Positions 9,577 through 18,303 of a stretch of 64,000 nt of DNA are shown piece by piece. The notes below the pieces were generated by a model that was given only the letters and a program-made list of their open reading frames with translations, was not told the DNA's origin and did not search any database. The translations under genes and the position numbers were made by a program. Positions within the stretch are counted from its first letter, which is position 1; the number at the start of each line of letters is the position of its first letter. The DNA comes from a virus (taxonomy: Duplodnaviria > Heunggongvirae > Uroviricota > Caudoviricetes): IMG/VR virus record IMGVR_UViG_2740892441_000001. One strand, given 5' to 3'.

Positions 9577-10677
9577 ATGAGCGAGTCCAAATCGCCGGAT
9601 GCCCTGAGAGCAATGGTAGCCGGTACGCTGGCTAATTTTCAGCACCCAACCCTGAAGCACAACCTGACTACGCTTAAAGCGTTACACCATGTTGCGTTGA
9701 TGGATGACACACTGCATGTCGAACTAATCATGCCTTTCGTGTGGAATAAGCCTTTTGAAGACCTGAAAGAGCAATGTAGTGGTGATCTGCTCCGTATCAC
9801 TGGCGCAAAGGCTATCGACTGGAAGCTGTCGTACAACATTGCCACGCTTAAGCGCGTCAAAAACCAACCAGGCATTAATGGCGTTAAGAACATCATCGCC
9901 GTCAGCTCAGGCAAGGGCGGTGTAGGCAAATCGTCCACAGCAGTAAACTTGGCACTGGCGTTGGCTGCTGAAGGTGCGAAAGTTGGTATTTTGGATGCCG
10001 ATATCTACGGTCCATCAATTCCAACCATGCTGGGTGCGGAAAACCAACGTCCAACCTCACCGGACGGTACTCACATGGCACCTATCATGTCTCATGGCCT
10101 GGCAACCAACTCTATTGGTTATCTGGTCACCGACGACAATGCAATGGTGTGGCGTGGACCGATGGCCAGCAAGGCGTTAATGCAGATGTTGCAGGAAACT
10201 CTATGGCCTGATCTGGACTATCTCGTTCTCGATATGCCGCCGGGCACTGGTGATATTCAATTGACGCTGGCGCAGAACATTCCTGTAACTGGTGCTGTTG
10301 TGGTAACTACGCCGCAAGATATCGCGCTGATCGATGCGAAGAAAGGCATTGTGATGTTCGAAAAAGTCGAAGTGCCGGTACTGGGTATCGTCGAAAACAT
10401 GAGTGTGCATATTTGCAGTAACTGCGGTCATCACGAGCCAATTTTTGGCACCGGTGGCGCACAGAAGCTGGCCGAGAAATACAACACGCAGTTGTTAGGC
10501 CAAATGCCACTTCATATCTCTCTTCGTGAAGATCTGGATAACGGAACACCAACCGTTATTAGTCGTCCAGATAGCGAATTTACGGCTATTTATCGTGACC
10601 TCGCAGATCGCGTTGCTGCCCAAATGTATTGGCAAGGTGAAGTAATACCTGGCGAAATCGCATTCCGCGCAGTGTGA
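9577..10677 (+). CDS. apbC: Fe-S cluster carrier ATPase ApbC/Mrp
   Basis: 366 aa; strong match to enterobacterial Mrp/ApbC (P-loop SSGKGGVGKS, CSNCGHHEP motif); divergent from metG as in enterobacterial chromosomes. Confidence 0.93.
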   Translation: MSESKSPDALRAMVAGTLANFQHPTLKHNLTTLKALHHVALMDDTLHVELIMPFVWNKPFEDLKEQCSGDLLRITGAKAIDWKLSYNIATLKRVKNQPGINGVKNIIAVSSGKGGVGKSSTAVNLALALAAEGAKVGILDADIYGPSIPTMLGAENQRPTSPDGTHMAPIMSHGLATNSIGYLVTDDNAMVWRGPMASKALMQMLQETLWPDLDYLVLDMPPGTGDIQLTLAQNIPVTGAVVVTTPQDIALIDAKKGIVMFEKVEVPVLGIVENMSVHICSNCGHHEPIFGTGGAQKLAEKYNTQLLGQMPLHISLREDLDNGTPTVISRPDSEFTAIYRDLADRVAAQMYWQGEVIPGEIAFRAV

Positions 10678-10680
10678 TAA

Positions 10681-10704
10681 AAAGGTGGTGCAATGCACCA
10701 CCTA
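10681..10704 (-). terminator. hairpin GGTGGTGCA-ATG-CACCACC with U-run on minus strand (terminator for humD-like gene)
   Basis: Stem-loop followed by TTTTTT on minus strand; T-run overlaps the apbC stop, marking the right junction of the host-like block. Confidence 0.45.
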
Positions 10705-10714
10705 AACAGTTCTC

Positions 10715-11104
10715 CTACATCACAGGACAATCATCAAACTCGCCACTTCTTGCGTCGTTGATAATGTGAGTGATCACACCAAACACGGCATTGCTGCCCG
10801 TGCATCCATCATCATCCTTTGGCAATGCTTCCTTCTTACCAGTTCTTAAATCCTCCAGATGCTGACGTGGATACTTCCGGTATCTTTTTACGCGATATTC
10901 CCCATCCAGAGCACATACAAGAAGAGATCCATCAACAGGAGTGAGTGAGGAATCGACCACCAGCAATGCACCCTGCAATATTCCCTCACGATGATGACTA
11001 TCAGCCGCCCTCATGAAGTAGGTCGCTGAAGGATGTCTAATTATCTGCTGATCAAGAGAAATACGGCTCTCTGCATAATCCGCCGCAGGAGATGGGAAGC
11101 CCAT
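10715..11104 (-). CDS. humD: UmuD'-like S24-family protein lacking the cleavable N-terminal arm (HumD-like)
   Basis: Starts M-GFPSPAADY, aligned to Gly25 of E. coli UmuD (the RecA-mediated cleavage point); in-frame stop 5 codons upstream excludes an N-terminal arm; Ser and Lys of the S24 dyad retained; LexA box upstream. Confidence 0.7.
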   Translation of the reverse strand: MGFPSPAADYAESRISLDQQIIRHPSATYFMRAADSHHREGILQGALLVVDSSLTPVDGSLLVCALDGEYRVKRYRKYPRQHLEDLRTGKKEALPKDDDGCTGSNAVFGVITHIINDARSGEFDDCPVM

Positions 11105-11122
11105 AGCGTTTTCACCTCAAAA

Positions 11123-11142
11123 TACTGTTTATATATACAGTA
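11123..11142. promoter_or_regulatory. LexA (SOS) box TACTGTTTATATATACAGTA
   Basis: Near-perfect CTGT-N8-ACAG palindrome about 20-40 nt upstream of the humD-like start. Confidence 0.65.
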
Positions 11143-11208
11143 TACATGAAAGAAACCCACTTAGTGCAACCGATCGAGACTCTTCACCAAACAAAAATAT
11201 TTTTCTCA

Positions 11209-11258
11209 AATAAGAAAAGGCAGAAAACAAATTGTTTAAGGCCACTAGTTGTGGCCTT
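11209..11258 (-). promoter_or_regulatory. promoter-like motif plus hairpin (AAAAGGCAGAAAACAAATTGTTT + AAGGCCAC..GTGGCCTT)
   Basis: Same composite element as at 15399-15441. Confidence 0.35.
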
Positions 11259-11274
11259 AATGGGGGAGGGGTGC

Positions 11275-11799
11275 TTATTGGCTATGGCTAAAAATCAAAT
11301 GAGACACTTCATGTGGTTGTAGCTCGTCAAGATCCGGGGCCACAAAACCTTTTCCGAAAGACTTCACAAGTGATTCACCAGCCGCATCATTGTCACCTAT
11401 TACGCGAAAGTCATACGGCAGCATTGCCAGTTGACGACGTAATCCTGCTGAGAAAGTCGAACCTAACAGCGCCCACGAATTTCCGCCCGCGTTGTGCACT
11501 GCTGCACTTTTAAAAATCGACTCAGTTATCCATATCGGTCCATCTTTTAAAGGAAGATAGGTTCCCCATAGTAGCTGTCTGCCGTGCGCTCGTGTGAAAT
11601 ACCGGGCCATCTTCGGATTGCTATGCTGCTTAGGAGCGCCTGGTCTGTATGTCTGATACCCGGCCAACATCCCATCAAACCTGTATAGAGGGAACGTAAC
11701 AACTCCTTCGCTTTCATCGATCCACTGTCTATATGGATGCACATCATGGCGGTAGTTGCGAGTTAGCAAATGAGCTTCCAGCTTTCCAAATTTGGTCAT
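11275..11799 (-). CDS. Toprim-like domain protein (tentative)
   Basis: Start refined to ATG with GAGGGA RBS; conserved Glu and VIGDNDAAGE (DxD) motif resembling Toprim. Confidence 0.4.
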   Translation of the reverse strand: MTKFGKLEAHLLTRNYRHDVHPYRQWIDESEGVVTFPLYRFDGMLAGYQTYRPGAPKQHSNPKMARYFTRAHGRQLLWGTYLPLKDGPIWITESIFKSAAVHNAGGNSWALLGSTFSAGLRRQLAMLPYDFRVIGDNDAAGESLVKSFGKGFVAPDLDELQPHEVSHLIFSHSQ

Positions 11800-11812
11800 A
11801 ACTTCGCATCCC

Positions 11813-12667
11813 TCATAACACTTCCCATTTATCACCATATTTCTCCATAGCTCTTAGCCAGTAAACATGGCCACTAGGCATAGTGATGTGAGGCTCGCCA
11901 AACTCTTCTCCATGCACATCAAAGATGTCCCCAACAGAGAATTGGGGGATTTCTACGCCGTTTTCACCTATATGCGTAATTCGTATACGTTTCGGTTGAA
12001 ATTGTCCACCTTTGAGCGAGTTGTTCACTGCTCTGGCAATTTTCTCCCGCAATTGCTGCGTTACGTGGTACTGAACCGCAATATCCCGCAACTCGTTCAC
12101 CAGTTCTCTAATCTGGTGATCTTTAAGCTCATTATTTGGGTGATGGGCAACAACTCTGGTTAATTCACCCTTGTCTTTTGCTCTTACGTATGCAGCTCTT
12201 GTGCATTCGACCCATGTATTACCGCCTACATTAACTTCGTAGATTAGGCTGGACTTATCTGTCAATTCGGAACAAATACGGGCCGTGGTCTGGCAACTAG
12301 AGCATTCGCAGTTATCGCGGAAACCGTGGTCTACTGGCTGCGGTTTCACATCATCAACTTTTTCTACCCTATTGGAATTTAAATACTTCGAAGCCTTGCT
12401 ATGCCAATCGCTGGTTTTAGGATCTTGTCCATCCATCAAACGCCAGGCTTCAGCGATTAACTCATAACTAGTGACTGTAGCTTCCTGCGCATCACCAATA
12501 AGTCGTGTAATCTCTCTTTCAAGCCGACCGCCTAGCTCTGTTTTAGTGCAATGTTCTGACCAATCGCCAGCCTCAAGCAGCGCGAGAATGCTTAAAATAT
12601 CGTCCAATAGAACGGTAGTATTATCGACTTCCTTCTGAAACTCACCGGCTACTGATTTATGCATCAT
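11813..12667 (-). CDS. hypothetical protein with Cys cluster
   Basis: 284 aa ORF; CECSSC motif; operon with flanking genes. Confidence 0.5.
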   Translation of the reverse strand: MMHKSVAGEFQKEVDNTTVLLDDILSILALLEAGDWSEHCTKTELGGRLEREITRLIGDAQEATVTSYELIAEAWRLMDGQDPKTSDWHSKASKYLNSNRVEKVDDVKPQPVDHGFRDNCECSSCQTTARICSELTDKSSLIYEVNVGGNTWVECTRAAYVRAKDKGELTRVVAHHPNNELKDHQIRELVNELRDIAVQYHVTQQLREKIARAVNNSLKGGQFQPKRIRITHIGENGVEIPQFSVGDIFDVHGEEFGEPHITMPSGHVYWLRAMEKYGDKWEVL

Positions 12668-12966
12668 TCGTCATCCTCATCCGAGTCATCCTCATCACAG
12701 GATGAGAGTAGTGGGTTAGTCATTCGCCCTACTTGAGTGGCGTAGCCACGCCGACAGAGATTGCGCAGCACACTGTATATTTCGAACATCTCGGTTCGTT
12801 CATCGCCAACATCAAGCTCAGATGCTATAGCGTGGCATTCAGTCGCGAGAGCCGATATTTTCTGAAATAACTCTGCTTTATTCACTCTTAGACTCCTGCG
12901 GAGGTTCTGGTAGCGGCATCCAGTGAGTTGCTTGCTCAATACCATTACCCGGCTTAATCGTTGCAT
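12664..12966 (-). CDS. hypothetical protein (start uncertain)
   Basis: 100 aa ORF whose 5-prime end overlaps the upstream gene in another frame; true start may be internal. Confidence 0.25.
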   Translation of the reverse strand: MQRLSRVMVLSKQLTGCRYQNLRRSLRVNKAELFQKISALATECHAIASELDVGDERTEMFEIYSVLRNLCRRGYATQVGRMTNPLLSSCDEDDSDEDDE

Positions 12967-13612
12967 CTCCGCGCCGAAAGGTGCTTCCGGTATAGCGTGC
13001 GGAGCATATTAGCGGTTCAACCAGAGAGCTATCGAAATTCACCGAAATAAGCACGTTCTGGCCCTTTTCAGGCATTCGCTCACTACAGCTTATCCAACCA
13101 TCCGGAGTTACCGGATTGTTGCCAGCCTCATACGCGACCCTTATCCAGTGCATAAGCATTTCAGTACTTACACATCCACAATCAACATCAATTTTGTCAT
13201 GCTGCTGTTCCAGCCATTGCTCAAAAGTTAACTTGTAAGTTTGGCTTACAGGTTTGGCTTCCAGTTCTGCTATGTGATTTTTGGCTGATTCCAACTCAAT
13301 CGACAATTTTTCCAACTGCTCTTTATGATTTTTATATTCCTGATATGCGTGCCAAGACTGACCTTTGCGCACACTATCAGTGATATCAGCAACCTGCTCT
13401 GGTGTTAGCGTGGTCAGTGGCTGTGCTGGAAAAATCATCACTTGCCCGGCATCCCAATCAAAACCCGCCTGAATTGACTGAACCTCAACTGATGGTGTTG
13501 AACCGATGCGACCAGGCGAATGAACAACGATCGTTACATCCATATCGCGACGATGGCTGTGGTTGTTGGACAAAATACGATTCACCGACTCAGAAAATTT
13601 GGAAAATTTCAT
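12878..13612 (-). CDS. hypothetical protein with DUF551-like C-terminal motif (tentative)
   Basis: Start set at MKFSKF ATG forming an ATGA overlap with the upstream stop; C-terminal HWMPLPEPP-type motif. Confidence 0.45.
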   Translation of the reverse strand: MKFSKFSESVNRILSNNHSHRRDMDVTIVVHSPGRIGSTPSVEVQSIQAGFDWDAGQVMIFPAQPLTTLTPEQVADITDSVRKGQSWHAYQEYKNHKEQLEKLSIELESAKNHIAELEAKPVSQTYKLTFEQWLEQQHDKIDVDCGCVSTEMLMHWIRVAYEAGNNPVTPDGWISCSERMPEKGQNVLISVNFDSSLVEPLICSARYTGSTFRRGDATIKPGNGIEQATHWMPLPEPPQESKSE

Positions 13613-13935
13613 GCTGACCCCTCTTTCTCTCCCCGGATAATTCTGTTGCACACATCCACACACTCGTCGCAGATGAAAACGGCGTCCCCAGCAATTAACT
13701 TTTTGACGGCGTACTGGGATTTGTTGCAGAAGCTGCAACAAAGTGTTCGCCTGGCTGATAAGGATGGAGCGCCAGATGTCAGCCGCTCCATATCGTTCTT
13801 GCGACGCAATATCACACGGCTGAACTCAACCAGTTTCTCCGGGGATATCTCCTCCTCCTCCGTAGCGAGCGTCTCTAGTCGTTCGAGTATGTGGAAGGCT
13901 TTTTCCTGGGTAATTGCAGAATGCGATGTGGTCAT
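13609..13935 (-). CDS. small protein with ClpX-type C4 zinc-binding domain
   Basis: C-terminal [31 protein letters not shown] closely resembles the ClpX N-terminal zinc-binding domain (LYCSFCGKSQHEVRKLIAG..YICDECVDLC, recalled from memory); no AAA+ module follows. Confidence 0.55.
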   Translation of the reverse strand: MTTSHSAITQEKAFHILERLETLATEEEEISPEKLVEFSRVILRRKNDMERLTSGAPSLSARRTLCCSFCNKSQYAVKKLIAGDAVFICDECVDVCNRIIRGEKEGSA

Positions 13936-13936
13936 C

Positions 13937-14548
13937 TCACTCTCCTTTGATGCGAATGCCAGGGGCGCGTGGCACATTAACTTCCACGATGCGCACTGTT
14001 GGTTTGTACATCTCAATCGCTGTCAGCCAGTCAGCTCCTGTCATGCGCTTTTCCGCATCGCCATTAGTCCACTGAACCGGTACACCAATAGCCTTCATCG
14101 CGATTTCTATTTCCCCGGCAATGGCGCTTTTTCCGCAACCAGTAAAACCAGATACAACGACCAGAACTTCACCTTTGGCTGGTTTTATTTCCCGTGCTTC
14201 CAGTTCTGCAATGCGCTTACTTCCATCCGAGATAACGCCCTCGTAATACTCACGCTGCTCGTTGAGTTTTGATTTTGCCAACTCCAGTTGTTTTGTTAGT
14301 TCTGCAATACGACAAACATCGTTGATACGCGTTTCCTCTAATGCGTTGCTCTCATCCAGTAGCGCCAGCACGGTTTCTGGTCCGGCCAGAAATTTGAAGG
14401 CGTTGAGGGCATCAATATCAACACCGCTATCTTTAAGTTCCTGTTCGCTTATCAGATCATCATCAACTGGCAACATTAACAGGCGTTCCATTGCCGGAAT
14501 TGCACGCTCTGCCGCCTCACGCAGTGCCTGATAGTCAATCTTGCTCAC
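13937..14548 (-). CDS. hypothetical protein, paralogous module shared with 14545-14988, short Walker-A-like GFTGCGKS
   Basis: 203 aa; shares VLALLDE..LE.T.I..CRI.EL segment with the adjacent gene. Confidence 0.5.
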   Translation of the reverse strand: MSKIDYQALREAAERAIPAMERLLMLPVDDDLISEQELKDSGVDIDALNAFKFLAGPETVLALLDESNALEETRINDVCRIAELTKQLELAKSKLNEQREYYEGVISDGSKRIAELEAREIKPAKGEVLVVVSGFTGCGKSAIAGEIEIAMKAIGVPVQWTNGDAEKRMTGADWLTAIEMYKPTVRIVEVNVPRAPGIRIKGE

Positions 14549-14988
14549 TGGATGACTCCTTTACGAAGCAGTTCAGCAATACTTACGCATATCTCTGCGC
14601 CTCTAATCAGCCCCGGAACGTTCTTGTTTGGCCCAACTTCACCATCAACAAAATCAATCATCGCGTTACGAGCCATATCCACGCCCTGCGCACGTACTTC
14701 AGCCAGAAAAGCATCGGTAGCTGGAGTTTCGCTGTGGTGCAGGGCATCGTTGATAATCATTGCAGCAACTCCGGCCTGCCCTGCATCCGTGACCGACACA
14801 TGCTCAAGAGTTACGGCCATTGCGTGTTTCAGCCCAGCGTTCTCTGCCACCAGCGCAGCGAGATTAGTCTCAAGCTCTGAAATTCGGCACGTGGCATCAA
14901 TATTTGTGTCCTCCAGCCGCTTAATTTCATCCAGTAGTGCCAGCACATCCTGCGGATGCTCTTCGACCTCTTCAAATTCTTCTTCCAT
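14545..14988 (-). CDS. hypothetical acidic protein, paralogous module shared with 13937-14548
   Basis: 147 aa; 4-nt overlap with downstream gene. Confidence 0.5.
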   Translation of the reverse strand: MEEEFEEVEEHPQDVLALLDEIKRLEDTNIDATCRISELETNLAALVAENAGLKHAMAVTLEHVSVTDAGQAGVAAMIINDALHHSETPATDAFLAEVRAQGVDMARNAMIDFVDGEVGPNKNVPGLIRGAEICVSIAELLRKGVIQ

Positions 14989-15022
14989 ATATCACCTCAA
15001 ATAAGTGGTTTGCTGCCTGAGC

Positions 15023-15352
15023 TTATTTTGCTTTGAGCAACTTCATCGCTTCGTCAATGCGTGATTGTGTCCCTGCGTTTGGCTCCACTACCTGAAGGCG
15101 GCGGGCATCTTCAAGAAGTTTCGCAATCATTTCTTTAAGTACTTCGTTATCGTTATTCATGAGCGTGCTCCTGTCAGTTAGCTTTGAGTAACGCGCCGCG
15201 ATTTGCATCTCCACGGTTCCGTCATGCAATGCAACAATCTCTCGGACAGCAACCGGGTGGTTGATGTAGTCTTCGCCGGTATATTTTCTTTTCTGACCAA
15301 CGCCACCATGAGCGCCAGCGGCGAACATATGAGCTTCGGAAATACTAGACAT
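15023..15352 (-). CDS. short HD-domain protein resembling the N-terminal half of Mesh1/SpoT-type (p)ppGpp hydrolases (tentative)
   Basis: AHGGVGQKRKYTGEDYINHPVAV...ALHDGTVE matches the H...HD signature; only 109 aa. Confidence 0.45.
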   Translation of the reverse strand: MSSISEAHMFAAGAHGGVGQKRKYTGEDYINHPVAVREIVALHDGTVEMQIAARYSKLTDRSTLMNNDNEVLKEMIAKLLEDARRLQVVEPNAGTQSRIDEAMKLLKAK

Positions 15353-15360
15353 TCTTAACT

Positions 15361-15441
15361 CCGTTGTTTTCTAGTTGTGGTTATTTTCACAAATAAGAAA
15401 AGGCAGAAAACAATTTATTCAAGGCCACAACTTATGGCCTT
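15361..15441 (-). promoter_or_regulatory. promoter-like motif plus hairpin
   Basis: TTGTTTTCTAGTTGTGGTTATT...AAAAGGCAGAAAACAATTTATTC AAGGCCA..TGGCCTT. Confidence 0.35.
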
Positions 15442-15471
15442 TATTTATTCATGCCGAAGGATTTGTAGCGT

Positions 15472-15852
15472 CTAATTGCCGGATAAAATGGGGTGAGGTG
15501 CTTGCCAGTAGGCCCCACCGTTCCATGTGAACCCCATGCGAATAAGAGTGTTTATTGCGGCTTTGGTAGACTCCGATTCGACACTGGCTTTTCGAAACTC
15601 TTGAACCTCTTTCGCCAACTTGTATGTAATTGTGCAGGGGACGATTGCAGCCCAGCCTTTCTCATGACTGTTAATGACCATCTGGATGTGACCATCCAGA
15701 ATAGGTTGATCAGGCATGTTATTGAAAACGTCTGCCTGTTTTTGAATGTGAAGAAAAAGCCTTGCCAGCTCCATTTGCTCACTACGAGACAAGGGATTAT
15801 CAAGAGGGCTTTTTGCAAAAGCGGCTATACGCTGTGCGTCAATGCCAAACAT
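15472..15852 (-). CDS. hypothetical protein
   Basis: 126 aa ORF, start/stop overlap with upstream gene. Confidence 0.45.
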   Translation of the reverse strand: MFGIDAQRIAAFAKSPLDNPLSRSEQMELARLFLHIQKQADVFNNMPDQPILDGHIQMVINSHEKGWAAIVPCTITYKLAKEVQEFRKASVESESTKAAINTLIRMGFTWNGGAYWQAPHPILSGN

Positions 15853-16556
15853 CAGCGCACCTCACCATCTTTATGGCTGGAGTTAACTTCCGCCATTAAA
15901 TGTCTGACGTAATCGACAAGAGAGCCACCTGGTGGAATCTGGCATTCCTCAACTAACTGGAAGTAGATATCAGCAGCATTACGTGTATTGCTACCCGCGC
16001 ATATTCTTTCTTCCCGAAGTGCATGAAGCTCGTTGATCAAACGGTCACACTCTCCGTTACGCTGATCCACAACAGCCTCAAGTTCTGCGACGCGTTCACC
16101 TGGCGTCTTACCTTCTTTGCGTTGGATGGTAACGACGAAATCGCCCATTTCAGGGACGTTGTAATCCAGCTCAAGGTAGTTTTTGGCACCGCTGCGGACG
16201 AACTCACCCGCGAACATGGTGGCGAACATCGCAGAGGCCATTGTGCCGTTGAAAAGTGACTCCAGATCTAACGGAGTCCCGGCAGCCAGAGCCTCTTTTG
16301 CTGTATCCATTGCATCCATGAACCGATCAAACTCATTGGCGCGCTTTTCCAGGTCTTTCCATTGCTCGCTCCAACGTTTGGCAACGAAGTCTATGAATGT
16401 TTTCGCGGATTCATCAAAATCCCCCTCAAACTTAACGATGCCTTTATCAATAATGATCTGGCCTACCGCATCCTCTGCATAACCTTTCAATGTAAACTTG
16501 AAAGGAAAATCGGAATGGCCTGTGACGTTAAAATGCTCTAACTGGAGGTTGCTCAT
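15852..16556 (-). CDS. hypothetical protein
   Basis: 234 aa ORF. Confidence 0.5.
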   Translation of the reverse strand: MSNLQLEHFNVTGHSDFPFKFTLKGYAEDAVGQIIIDKGIVKFEGDFDESAKTFIDFVAKRWSEQWKDLEKRANEFDRFMDAMDTAKEALAAGTPLDLESLFNGTMASAMFATMFAGEFVRSGAKNYLELDYNVPEMGDFVVTIQRKEGKTPGERVAELEAVVDQRNGECDRLINELHALREERICAGSNTRNAADIYFQLVEECQIPPGGSLVDYVRHLMAEVNSSHKDGEVR

Positions 16557-16617
16557 GTGTTTTTCTCTTATCGTTTAGTTACTACATTCTTACACAAATT
16601 AAGTAAGTATTTACCTA

Positions 16618-18303
16618 TTATTTAACGCGTTTGAAAACGTATACGCTGACTGTGATCCCGGTATCTTCAAACTCGTTGGTAAACGACTTCCCTTTGGCAT
16701 AAACGTAATTATCCATCGTCATCCAGCTCAGGATTGGCGCAGTGCCCGGCAATACTGCTACAAGACGCCCGCCGACTTTCAGATGCCCCAGCGCAGCCAG
16801 CGTGTGCTCTCTATGACGACCAAGCGAGTACGGCGGGTTCATAACGATTTTGTCGAACTGATAACCTGCGTTGTCCTCAGACCACTTTATGAAGTCACAG
16901 CAAATCGTGTTCGTATACCCTTTTCCACGCAGGATATCAGCGAAGAGAGGTGCGATTTCTATGCAGGTAACATCTTCCAGATCGGCGTTAATATAGGCCA
17001 GAAGATCCCCACGTCCGGCTTGAGGCTCCAGCAGCTTCTCACCAGGCTTCAATTCAGTGGCTCTGGCAACGTACTCAGCAATCAAGCGTGGGGTAGGGTA
17101 GAACTGGTGTGATTTTGTATCCGGTATTAAACCGGTAGCCACAATCGTATTTAGCGTATGGCCGATGTCATACGGGAACTGCCAGTGCTTTTTCTCCTGC
17201 ACGCCGCCAATGAAGCTCAGTGTGCGCTCAAGCTCTTCCACCTGCGACTTCTGGAGAGCTGAATCAGAGAAGTACCATACGCCTTTGTCTTTGCTCAATC
17301 GCCCGTCACGAAGCGCAGTGCGAACCGGCACGGAGATCGTCTTCTGGATTAAACCGAACTGCTTTGGTGCCCGTGTTTTTGGCGCAGTTCGGCATGGCGA
17401 GGGGATTGCAGCAGGCATACTGTAAGCCAGCACCTCATTCAACTTCCAGGCCACGTCAGGATGTATTTCAAAGTGAACGTTGCCGTTCTTGAACATCTTC
17501 ACGCGCATCAGATTTCCATCGACGTTCATCCAGTCACCGGTCTGGCAGTCGTTTGCCCTATACGCAGCTGATAGCACCTCAGCAGTGCGGTTGATGGTAA
17601 TAAATTCTTTGTGCGCGAAGAAATGAAGCAAGACACGCAGATCGTCGATGTAGTCCTCTTTGCGATAGTTCACGCTAACGCTGTCCCGCCAGAAATCAGA
17701 AATGCAGTCAGCGATTATCAGACGCTCGCTGAAACCGTTTGTCTTATTTGTCTTGTGCGCAGGACTCAGCGCCTTAAACAAGCCATACACGCGCTCAGAG
17801 AGATATTTGTGCCTGTCATTCAGCAAATTAAGCATCGTGGGTATGACCGTTTCTGCTTTGAACTCCGGTACACCAACGAACTCTTTAACCTTCATCTGGT
17901 AGCCGGTTCTGTCGGTTTTGATGACTTCCTGTTTGCCCTCTATAAACTGCTCGCGCCACTCATCTCGACGGGAAGCTGGCATGATCAGCAAAACGTTAGT
18001 CATGTCCGTGACCTTCCTCCAGTACTCGGCCCAAATATTCTGTTTCACCCATTCCAGATCGACTTTATCCAGCCAAGCTCGATTCAAACGTGAGCGTTCT
18101 TCATCTGGTCGGTGGTTCAGTTGCAGCAGGCGATTAATCATGTTGTGGCGTTCGTCGCCATAAACGAAGTCGTGAACCTGGTACATGAAAGCGATCTCTT
18201 TCTCGCACTCGGCCACAATTTCGTGGATGACGTTCATTTCCTGCCGATAGTCGATAGCAGTGTTTGAGTTGGCATCGTCGATGATGGAAAGGGCTGTATT
18301 CAT
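16618..18303 (-). CDS. N6-adenine DNA methyltransferase, gamma-class motif order, with about 400 aa N-terminal region
   Basis: C-terminal FYPTP...LLEPQAGRGDLL...VMNPPY (motifs I and IV as in TaqI-like N6A MTases); no adjacent restriction gene recognised. Confidence 0.6.
   Translation of the reverse strand: MNTALSIIDDANSNTAIDYRQEMNVIHEIVAECEKEIAFMYQVHDFVYGDERHNMINRLLQLNHRPDEERSRLNRAWLDKVDLEWVKQNIWAEYWRKVTDMTNVLLIMPASRRDEWREQFIEGKQEVIKTDRTGYQMKVKEFVGVPEFKAETVIPTMLNLLNDRHKYLSERVYGLFKALSPAHKTNKTNGFSERLIIADCISDFWRDSVSVNYRKEDYIDDLRVLLHFFAHKEFITINRTAEVLSAAYRANDCQTGDWMNVDGNLMRVKMFKNGNVHFEIHPDVAWKLNEVLAYSMPAAIPSPCRTAPKTRAPKQFGLIQKTISVPVRTALRDGRLSKDKGVWYFSDSALQKSQVEELERTLSFIGGVQEKKHWQFPYDIGHTLNTIVATGLIPDTKSHQFYPTPRLIAEYVARATELKPGEKLLEPQAGRGDLLAYINADLEDVTCIEIAPLFADILRGKGYTNTICCDFIKWSEDNAGYQFDKIVMNPPYSLGRHREHTLAALGHLKVGGRLVAVLPGTAPILSWMTMDNYVYAKGKSFTNEFEDTGITVSVYVFKRVK

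Noticed and set aside
9639-10701. Minus-strand ORFs inside and overlapping apbC (9639-9938, 10201-10434, 10307-10552, 10495-10701)
   Set aside because: Shadow ORFs within a well-supported apbC coding region.
10681-10704. Hairpin as the apbC terminator
   Set aside because: No T-run follows it on the plus strand, whereas a TTTTTT tract follows on the minus strand, so it is assigned to the humD-like gene.
14552-15004. 150 aa Ser-rich plus-strand ORF
   Set aside because: Antisense to the minus-strand operon genes; composition-driven.
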